DNA from: Saccostrea cucullata
Lineage: Eukaryota
Reading direction: 5' to 3'
NCBI RefSeq assembly: GCF_032062105.1
Contig: NW_026929666.1
Location: forward strand, 248,001-312,000
Length of the DNA stretch: 64,000 nt
The position numbers were made by a program, and so were the translations under genes. Below the pieces are notes generated by a model that was not told the origin of the DNA, did not search any database, and saw only the letters and a list, made by a program, of their open reading frames with translations. Shown here in pieces: positions 26,701 to 38,700 of this stretch; within the stretch, counting starts at the first letter, position 1, and each line of letters opens with the position of its first letter.

Positions 26701-29700
26701 ACCTAGTGTATTTTCCTGCAATATAGTTCTTGTTCTGTGAACGAAAAACGAAAACTCCCAAGAGAAGTAGACGTCACAATTGCCTGGTTTACGTCACAAA
26801 ACTGATGATAATGTGTTGAACAAAGGGTTTTTAATGAAAATGAATTTGAGAGAGGTGCCGAATTTGAAAGTTTATGTTTATTTCAAAGGTTTTGCTTGTT
26901 TCGGTATAATAAACAATTCATTGCATGAATGTTCGGGAAACATGAAGACTTATTCAGCCAAGAAATATCATAATATATTATTTTTCTTCGCTGAATAAGT
27001 CTTCATATTTCCCTCACTATCATGCAATAAATGTATAATATACCCACCATGTAAAAACCTCACACTCTTTTATCACAAAGGCTGGAATTGCAACATTTTT
27101 GGGGGGGTGGGGGATCGGTAAGAGTGTCAGTCCTACTTTCATGTGTGTTTTTGTAACCAATATAATTTACTTAAAAGCACAAATAAAGGAATGTACTCGG
27201 AATAACTTGATATGTACATAAAAACTACATCTATTATTAAAATAATACAAAACAAGATGGGAATTTGCCTGATATACGTAATATTATTCCTCCAAAATGT
27301 TTCTAAAGTCTAATAAATATACTTAGTGACATAGTTACATATACATGTATATCTTTAACAAAAATACATTTTTTGACCAACCAGTCTTTTTCCATAATTT
27401 GAAAAAAATGGCATTTATCAAAAAACAATTAACCTCCAACTACATATTTAAAGGAAGCGGAAGCGTTGTTCACGATTACCAAAGTTATCTTGAACCCAAT
27501 GAGACGTTATCGATATCGTCATCGTCTACAGACAAGAAATGTCTGAGCATGTTGGAATTCAACAGGACTGAGCTCATTCTTATAGGAGATATTCTTCCTC
27601 CAGTTTGTGTATGTATGAAACTATCAAACGTTAACGCGGGACACCATCAAATTGTTATTAATGAATCAAAAAATGTATCTTAACACAATTGTATTTAATC
27701 ATTGCAATTTCCTCCTTTTTTAGGGTCCAGAAAATTTGAATTGCAAATTTGGATGCTCTTCTGTATGTATTGATACATTATTGCCTCCATCTCTCTCTCT
27801 TTATATATTAATATGTTAAAGTAAAATGCATAACTTATACTGTATATTATGTCATATATGGAACTCAATTCGGACCTTAACATAAACTAAAAGTCAGACT
27901 TTATTATAACGTAAACCATTTTATATTTTGATAATATTTCTATTATGTTTATTTAAATATATATTGTAAGCAAAGGCAGGACAATGTTATCAATCTATAT
28001 GAATACATATATATATGCTAAAACTCTAATAAAATATAAATATGACGATATTTTGGGATATTTTGGACCCTGCGAATCTTTGCTTGATAATTCCTTTATA
28101 CATTTAAAGTCTTAAACCTTATAGAGAAATTTATTTATGTTGCAGATGATATGAATCTAATAAAAACTGACTTTTTAATGATCTTTTGTTTACAAATTTA
28201 GTTTTTAAGGTACTTTAACTCCATTTTAAGAAATATCATTATTTATTTGAACAGGTCCAATATACACAATCCCTGGTGGTTATCGTAGGAAGGATATCGA
28301 GGCATAAGCTGAGATTTAAGGAATCTATGTATTCTTCTAATGTTTCCGAGGTATGTTTTAAGGGAAATTATGTGACCATTCTTTTTTTTAAATCAAAGTT
28401 TTTTTTTCCTTTCTTCTTGAACTGCTTAACCATTTGTCAGCAGGTATTTTCATTGACTTTCTTTTCAAGAGATATAATTGTATATGTAAGGGGTGTTAAG
28501 AAAGTTCGTTCCGGGATGAAATATTTACAAAAATTTCAAAGTAGTGCTTAACTAAAGAGATGAATTTTCAAGTCTGACAAAATCACAAGAGTGTGCTTTA
28601 GATTTATGGCAAATCATTTCTAGCAGGAAATTATTGGATTTTTCTTCCATATGAAAATATATATCTCTCTTTATATAGCACCCGAATGATAGGAATGCTG
28701 GTCATTTTGATGAAAATGAAGGATAAGTTACATTTGTACTTTAGTTTCTTTATAGCTTATTTACATCAGATTTAAATATATATGTAAGCGTAGGTATAAT
28801 GTTATCAACGATATATCAATATTTCAAAAGAATAGGTTTGTCATTTTGAAATATTTCACAGATTTGATAATTTTTGCATTGTATTTGAAAGAATGTTTTG
28901 ACCTGCGTGCTTAATATATGTCACAAATATGCATCATCCATATTTTTTCTGAACAGACATCATCTGTTTTAATACCTGCCCTCCCCTTATTGATTCAATA
29001 AAAGACCGTTAAACCTTATCAGTAGCAAGAATGGACTCTGTAAATATAAAATATCACAAATTGTAAATATCTTCTCATCGTATTTCTTTTTGAAATAAAA
29101 GAAAAAAATTGGAACGAACTTTCTTAACACCCTTTAGAATACATTCAAATAAACCTAAAACACACAGCATAATTCTTGACACAAGTGTAAATTTCTTGAA
29201 GTATCTGCACTACATGTTTGTGAATGAAAATAAAAAACGTAAAAATTATGGTTTAAACATTGTCCAATGCTGGTATATTAGAAAGATATTCCGATTCAAC
29301 AAGACTACAAAAATGATAAAAATAATCTTATAATGATTTAAATGGAGTCAGATCCCCAGGTTCTGAAAATTGGTAAAGTAATTCAAAATTGCCTCTAAAT
29401 TTACAATTGATTTATCTCTCATATTTCTTCGAGGTCAATCATTATAGTTATCGAATCTCATCTACATTATCAGAAAACGCAAAAATAAGTACCAGCTATG
29501 ATCAACAAATATATTCTAGGATATAATTCTAGTGAATTACATTCTTTTTATATACTAATACAGTATCTAAGGCTTTTTAAAATCAGTTTCTTCGAAAGTT
29601 ATACAATGCTAGTACTTAATTTTTCTATTAGTGCAAGATCTCATTTTGTTCCTATTTTCATGTAAAAAGAACCAAAATCTATAACTACATGGAAAAAATG

Positions 29701-32700
29701 TTTTCTCTTCTTTTTAAAAAATGTATTCATTTAATTTTTTTTAGATAAATGTTGATATTTTGAAAGTCTTTTTCTAAGACTTCAGAAAAGATCTAAGTGT
29801 CTTAAATTGCTTATAATTACAAAAATTGACCTCATGTGCATCGAGTATTTTTCGAAAGGATGCGAATGCTTTATAGCACAAGTGTACTTTTAAGGTACAT
29901 TTCGTCTTTCCCCCACGATTTTGTAAACCGAAAACTGTATATTCTTATCTAAACATTTAGAGTTAACTTTGGAATAACTTCATTAACGATGGAGAAAATA
30001 CGTACTTATATAAAAAAAAACTTAAAGTATGAAAAATGATCCCTTTTGTTCTTTGTAGTGAGTGTATTCTGTTCATAGGCAAATGCCTGTAATTTTCCCT
30101 TCATGTTTGCCACATTAGAGGTATTTCACCTTGTACATACATCTTCTTTCTTTCTTTATTTATTATTGCTACATGTATATATGTACAAGGTTATTTTTTG
30201 TCCTTTCTTCCTTGCAAAAAATTTTGTCCCGTTTTAAATTCGACCAGTCACACTTTTGTTTAAGAAATCATGATGTGCTCTTATGATTTGCCCCGTTCTA
30301 AACACACCCAGCTGTAAGTAGGGCGAAAGGGGCAAAATAAAACGGGGGCAAAATTTTCAAGTTGTTACATCTTGATAACAAAAGATGATGTATGAAAACA
30401 TGACAGCTTTCTCTTTTATTCTTCATTATTGATCTTCTTTGGGGCTTTGAAAAGTGTACAAATATTTCGTCGTTATGAAATATTCTTCTTCTTTCTTTTT
30501 TTTTTTGGAAATATGTTTATTAAGAATTGACATTGGCACATTAAAAGCGTGTTTTTTAGGCATCTTTAAGAAAAATAATTAACGCACGCATCTGATGAAA
30601 AATATTTTTTTGATTTATTCCCCAATCCTTTCAAACATCAAAATTATTTTTATATGGGTTCTTCAGCAAATTTTATAATAAAGCACTCTTTAACATATTA
30701 CCAACTTTCAACATTTTTTCTCAGTGTATCGATAATAGGAAAAAAATAATGGGTAAGAGTTCTCCGATTAGGATTTTGTCTATATGAATATGAAAACAAA
30801 TACTGAAATTCTACACAAAATACATGGAGATAACAAACAGTATTCAAAATCAAAAGTCCATATAACAATATAAAATAGGAGCAGAGCAAACACTGACCTT
30901 CAAAACATCGGATGTGGGATCAGGTGCAATAGAGGAGTAAGCATGCCCTGCTGACCGGTCACACCCGTCATGTGCTCCCTGTCATGATCGGGAAAATCTG
31001 TCGTTAATTCAGTGTTTCATTTAAAGACAGAAACATAATACAGGACAAAGACAGAAGGCTTTTGTTTTATTGTTTGTTTGTTTTTTGTTTTTTTATCTTC
31101 CTCTTTTTGTTTTTTGTTTGTTTGATTTATATTGTTTTGTTTAGACTTGGATTTTTATAGCCATTTTGATTACCATAAAGATTGATTATTTGTTAATTTT
31201 TTTTTTTCTTTTGTGATTGGCTTTTTGCATTTACCATATCCGATTCCCTGAGTAATCATTTATATACAGTGATTTTGTGTGATATGTAATTAGTATTCTG
31301 TCTTTTTCAGTGAAATATTGGAGATATGGGGGTTTAAAGAACCTTAAACATTGAAAATTGTACATCGTACTTTGTGGAGAACCCAATAGAATAATGTATA
31401 AGTCTATTTTGGGCTAAATTGACCCTGTATACATGCATCTTAGAATGAAATTTAGAATTTTTAAATACTGTTCTAAAATTAATCTTTCCAGTAAGTGAAT
31501 TCTGATTGAATATGATTGCAAGTAGTGACAACTGAAATGCAAATATGAAAAATAAGCTGTCAACTATGGTGTTGAATATACACAATATTTTTAAAGTGTT
31601 AAGTACAAATCAAACCGAAAAAAGAAACCATAAGATTATTGAACTATTTATCAAACTCGCAAAAATAGTGATTTGTATCAATATCAAAACATTGTATACC
31701 TTAACATAATCTTCACATTCGTGTAATACCGACAAGAGCAAGTAAAATAATATACTTGGATTTTTGATCTGTTTAAATCTAAAAAAAAATATACGCATTA
31801 CTTTATAGGAATGATGGTATCCTTTCTTGCTTATGGCCATTTTACTTCATAATATCTTACATTATGAGGATGGTAGTAGTTGCCTTGTATTTGTATTTAC
31901 CAGGGATGGGGTCAATGACTTTAAAAAGTAATTAATTAAATTACAATTACTTTGACTTTTTCTTCAATTAAATTACAATTAAATTACAGGCTTTCTAAGA
32001 CATGTAATTAATTAAATTACAATTACTTTACAAAAGTAATTAATTAAATTACAAATTACATCTTTAATTTTTTGAAATTTTTTATAATCATATGAATATA
32101 CAGAACAATCATTCACTTGTATATAAGCGCAGGCTCTGCACAAACAATACAAGAAACAATATGCTATTAGGCATTGTGTATCTTTGTGGTTTAAATCATA
32201 ACTTTTATTTACAAAACAGTAAAGAACTATGTAAGATCAATTTGATGCAGTTTCCTCCACACAAAACCTACATGTACACAAATTGCATGGGATATGATAT
32301 TTAATTAAAAGTGTGTATTTTAATGGAGTAAAATAAGTAGCAACTATAACCTCTCAAATTAAATATTTCTTTTAAAGGTAACCCTAACATCCTAAATTGC
32401 TATTTATGTTGAACATGTATTTTTACTTCAAAATAATACTTGTACAAAACATAACATTTTACAAAATTCATTTAAAATTCTGTTTAGATGTTAAATTAAT
32501 TATCAAATTAAAAGTTTTTTCTTTTCTCAAACTAGCGGGGCATTTTTAATTGAAATAATTATATCCATACATTGGCTTTGTCATAATCATGGAATGGATA
32601 CCTCTTTAGAGGGGTTGATTTGTTTTGATTGCAATTTACAGCTATGATCTGGAGGGCAATTATCTCTTAATACCAACAAGAGAGGGAACTTCATTAATGA

Positions 32701-35700
32701 ACACATTCCTTTTCTTGACACACACATACTTATTCTTCAATGATCAAAAAGATACTAAAATATAATAAATTATTTGCGTTTCATAGCTTGAGATGGTGAA
32801 AAATGATAAACATAAAACAAAAAATTTCAAATTTTATGCATTATTAGAAATAAAATGATTGGCTTCTGTTTAATTGAAGGACTGAGGATATGTTTTGCAA
32901 TTAAAAAAAACATTTAATGGGGAGGTGTGGTGACAATATATCATGCATGTGTATTATATAAAGTAATTGAATGTAATTAAAAAAGTAATTGAAATTACAT
33001 GGTATTTTTTCAGTGTAATTAATTAAATTACAATTACAAGTAATTGAAAAAATGTTCAATTACTTTCCAATTACTTCAAAAAATTTGTATTTACATTTAT
33101 TGCCGTTATGAAGCATAACTTTTTTTTCATTTTTGTTGTTTTAATGAATTGATTTTAGTTTTTGTTAATTAAAAGATATACATTTCTTTCAGGCAGTTAA
33201 TATTGGAACTGTTGTACATCAGTTTTCCTATAAAGATGCTATCCGAGAGGACTGCATGGACACAAAAAATACCTTTTATTCCATGGTGAGAAAACATTTT
33301 GCAAAACTTTCTGATTGAAAGCATTCGCATTTTCAACAAATATAATTCTAATCTTAACTTTCCACATCGCAAGGTAAATTAAACACCAGGCAATTTTATA
33401 TGATTGGCAACTGCTTTTTCAATAAAAACCGGAACTCGTTAAGCTTGCCATTGATCATTTGCATTTTTTTTTTCTTATTCAAAACATTCTGATTGTACAT
33501 AAGAGTACTTTAAAATTGATATTTTAAAAAAAGAAAATGTTTTTGTTTCTGATTGTGACAATGTCTATGTGGCGTTTGAATATCAACAATCTTTTGAACT
33601 TTCCATTAGTGCCAATTGTGTCCCGTAACATAAACAGACTTTTCTTATTCATATGAAGCAGGATTTATTCAAAATCTTAAGCATAAGAAGAAAAGAACAT
33701 ATTTGCTGCCGCCTTCAACTCGACATTTAGGTACACCGAAGACGTTTTATATATATAAACAATAGTTAATGCCATTCATATGTCGACACGATATATCCAA
33801 GTGACACTGAATTTAAAGATATCAAATAGTCTGACACATGTGTAGTACTTGGATGTTTACTAGAAAAAGATTTTTTTATAAGATAATGGTTATCGAACAA
33901 CAAAGCTTATGATAAACGGGATGACTTTAACTTTTTTATCCTCAGCTACCCTTTTTGTGCAGCAATATTTACATTACACATGTATTTTCAAAAAAAGTGT
34001 ACTGAAAACTATGGCATTTAAAACACCATAACAAAGAAAGGGGGTTAGAAGGTTAAAGCACGTGGAGTTTTTTTTTCACGTCACAAACGATGAACGCCCA
34101 TGAAGTGCAACGTCATTAGGGAAAATCACAAATCACGATCATATTGACTATCAACTATTACATTAGCTCTTCCATTAATGAAGGATAAAATAGGGATTTT
34201 GAAATATACATCACATTCGCAATAGAGACATAGTTTTAAAAATGTAAATTTAAGCTAACGCATGTACTCAATTTGTTTGCACGCATCATTGCATCTATGA
34301 GACAATATCTTTCAAAAAATGTTTCATTGCTTATTAAATGTACCCTTACAACTACATGTAGCACACGAGGTTAATATCTATCAACTTCAATACGCAAAAG
34401 TCTGCTTTATGTATCCTTATATATAAACAATTTCTAACAGGAGGTAAGTTATTAACAAACAAATTGATTAAAGAATATCAACAGCCTCATTTAAAGTCAT
34501 GATATTTTAAAAATTATGGTCAGTAAAATTACCTTGTCTGCAAAAACAATTTATTATTAACTTTAAAGCCGCTTACTCCGAAACAGGCACATATTATCTT
34601 ACACAATAAAAGTACGTCATTACATAGAAAATATATGAAAAATAAAAAAAATATATACGATTGATTTAATAGTTTATTTCAACAGTCCTTACAAGGAAAA
34701 CAAAGATAAAAAACCTTGTTGACAAACAGAAGTTCCTGACGGGAAGTTAAGATCTCGCTATTCGCAATGTCGTGAAGTCACCTTTGAAAAAATTATATTT
34801 ATCGGTTATATCTAATCATGAAGAAAAAACCCGAGTATTTTTTTTTTCATTAGTTGAAGCCTAAGTCATAATATATCTTTTAAAAATTAAGAAACTAATT
34901 GAATATAATCCATAGTAATTTTTATACTAATATGCACATTTAAAAGAATAAAGGAAAATCAGATATTTTTAAAGGTTCTTTTTAAAGGAAGTACATGTAT
35001 GGTAACGCATTTATAGCAATGAAGGCTAAAATATTGTCCGTGTACACGTCTAAGTATACTTTGTTGTGAAAAAGAAATGCTCGGGTTTGTTCTTCAACAT
35101 TAGATATAAGCGATAAAATAATTTTTCAAAGGTGATTTCAAGCCATTGCAAATAGCGATATCGTCATAGGATTATATTTTGTGTGACCCAACAATAATTA
35201 TTTTTTTAACTTTTAATTCTGGTATCTTTTAAAAGAAAAAGAGTTTGGGGATATAATATGACAAAAGTTGAAACAATCAATGGACAATTATTTTTCAAGA
35301 AGAAAACGAATATATTTTTTCGCGATTAGAATCGGACTAAGCGGCTTTGATGCCGACCGTCGTTTTTCATACATATTGTTAGGATATTATTTACACACTG
35401 AATAGTCGATAGATCTCTGCGTTATTTCCCAATTATGACAAGGAGCACACGGTGGATGTGACCGGTCCGCAGTGGATGCTTACTTCTCCATGACCATGCT
35501 TGGGATGCTTTTGAAGTTCGAGTTTCCTCTGCTCCTTACATATGTATTTGTTTTATTTGAATGGATTGTCGGTATTATAGGAATAAATGGAATAAGAACG
35601 TCTAGTTCTACGGAAGCCCATTTAGGATCTTTCAAAAAATATTTTTGGATTCGATATATAGAATTGTCGAAATTTTTAAAACAAATTTAATTGTTTATAA

Positions 35701-38700
35701 CAAATTCCTGGAATTCGTTGTAACGAATTAAATCTGTTATTACAGATATCGTAAATTCGTTATAACGATTTCAAAAAATGTAATAACGAATTAATTTCTA
35801 AAATTTGTTCCAACCAATTAAAATCGTTATTACAATTTTTAATTTATTATAACAAATTTGTTGAATTGGTTATTACAAATTCACAAATACTTCTGCATAA
35901 ACTCCAATAGTAGAATTTGATGAAACGATTATAAATCGTTATGACAAATTTTAGAATTTAATTAGTTATTACAAATCTAAGAATTTGTGTTAACAAATTT
36001 TTGAATTCGATATAACGAATTCAACAAATTTGTTATAACAAATTAAATTCGCTATAACGAATTCAAAAAAATTGTAATAGGGAATTAAATTCGATCTAAC
36101 AATTTCGAGAATTCGTTATATCGAATTCAAATATATTTTTTGATAGGTCCTAAAAAGGCTTCCGTATAATTCTTTATAATACACATCATTGAGATTTTCA
36201 TTTAATTTTTGGTGTAATATTAGAAAAGGTATTTGTTACCTTTTTTCAGGGAGCAAAGAATCACTTTGGCATGGAACATAAAATGGAAGATAATGCAATT
36301 ATATACAAAGTCGTTGTAAAACAGAAGCTGGATTATGATGGAGATTATAAACAATTTCACCTGAACATTTCTATGGCAGTAAGAAATACTTTATTTTATT
36401 TTATTGTGTTATATTTACAAATAAAAATTTCTTTATCTTAGATAAAACTACATAAAGCTTCAAATGGTAAAAAATTCTCGATATCAAAATAAATGTACTG
36501 GTTTATAGATAGGCGTGGTCAAAATAATCACATACAGGGCGGTACAAATATAGAAAGAGTAGAGAGGGGCGTGTAGCAAGTGAATTTTCGGAATGAAGAT
36601 TATGTAAATATATGGGTTAACTGTCATAGTTTCCTGCGTTTATGCAAATTATCACACAAGCCAACTGATTGATCACATATGAAACCTAAGAATAAATTAA
36701 ATACTGTATGTAGAATTGAAAATTATATCAATAGGTATACTTTATTTAATGTTACAGGACAACAGGGAAGATATTTCCAATTCAACAGTCCTAGTTGTTA
36801 ATGTGACAGATGTAGATGATATGGATCCTGTGTTTGACCACGATCTTTATACATTACATATTCCAGAAGGGGTAAGTTTCCAAATAAGCTGCAGAAAACT
36901 GCTAGAAAGTTTTTTATGCTAATGACATATCTCGTATGACAGTTGTCTTTACAAAGAAGAGAAAATTGGTTTTTAATGGTCCTTGATAATAATATAAACA
37001 TATAATTATGTATTGCAGAACACTTATTTTCTACACATCCAAGTCATAATTTTTGACTTTAATTGTTTTTCCTGAATTTTTATTGGTAAAAATTGTCGTC
37101 TTCAAAGATCAAATATGTTACAAACGTCCATGGAAAATATTATAAATGTCGTTTGTAAAAAGTTTGGATAAAATAATTAATTCAATCACAAAGCAAGTTA
37201 GACTGTAATTTGAATTCATTGTGTCGTCATTTTCTGGATAGTTAACAAATAGTGACAATATTATGAAAAAGTCTTTTAAAATATCAGAAAAGCGATACCA
37301 GCGATCAGAACAGAGTCGAATTATTAAAGTTTAAGTTTAAAAGATAAAGCCGATGTCATTGACAAATAACTTATTCAATTACGAGAAAATGATCAGATTG
37401 TTCTACATTAATTGAAGTTTGTACATCTAATAATACAGAATACTTCAATTCAAAATATATTCTTCAACACAACTCCTCCAATTCGAGCAACAGATAGGGA
37501 TACAGGAGAAGGAAAACAACTACTCTATTACAGATTCGGAAGTAAGATTCTTAGATAAAATTCTAATCATCTTTAGTTATATTCTCTTATCCAGAAAGTA
37601 TTGGTAGTGAAATAAAGAGTTCATTCAATAGTTTAAACGAAATAAATGTAAGACATTTTAAATTTTTGTATGACTTTGTGTATGATAATTCTTTTTTCTT
37701 TGAATCATGTCAGTCATATACTCTGCATCAAAAGATTGACAATTCAAAGTAACAGTTCGAAAGTGTCTTTAGAGTAACTCTAATAATTTTGCTTTATTAT
37801 AGACGATTCAAATGTCTACGGTTGTTTCATAATTAATAATATAACTGGAGAAATAGCGACAACGTGTCCACTTGACAGGGAGGACGAATCTAGATACACA
37901 ATGATAATCAAGGTAAACAGACGTAAGCCAATACTTTAATTACAATCAATGTATGTTTCACATGTATAGTTGTATTTTAAAAGTATGAAGCACATGTGCT
38001 TTGGGAAAAAGTAAACAATTGATCCTTTTTTATTCAGTTTACTTATTAAGTTACAATTTTAGCCAATAAAAAAAGTTACAATTTTGATTTTGATTACATA
38101 TATTGATGTGAAGATAACAAACAATGATCTATCTGAACAAATCAACAAACAGTATAGACCTGTGAACAGGCCCTAAACAAGAACCAGTTGGGCTCAGATG
38201 ATTGACGGGTAACACCCGAACCGTATGTTCCGTAGTAAAATTTGGTTAACAAAGGCCTTCCAATGATATGAAACCAGTTAGCAAAATATGATTCAGTGAT
38301 AGATTATATGATATATACTAGTTTTTCTTATTTGAAAATAGGCAGTACAGAGAAATACAGAATTAAGGAGCTGTACATCTACTCTGAAAATAATTGTCGA
38401 TGATATTAACGACAATGTTCCCGAGTTTGAACAACTGCAGTTCAACTTTACAGTAGCAGAACATTCCAGGAAAGGAACGTCTATAGCACAGGTCAAAGCC
38501 GTTGACAAAGATGAGGTAAAGGATCATAAATATAATGAAACAATGTGTGTTCGTATATATACCATGGACGATTTTGTATGCCAAATTAAAATAAAATGTG
38601 CATTTGTTAACGCTCAAGTGGAACAAAAAGTCATGGGATGTTGTTATCGATATCCATGAATGAGATGTACATTATGAGACATTGTAATATTATTGTTTAA

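Noticed and set aside
35611-36164. CRISPR-like array of palindromic repeats
   Set aside because: Eukaryotic context, no unique spacers, no cas genes, and bounded by TIRs: a MITE.
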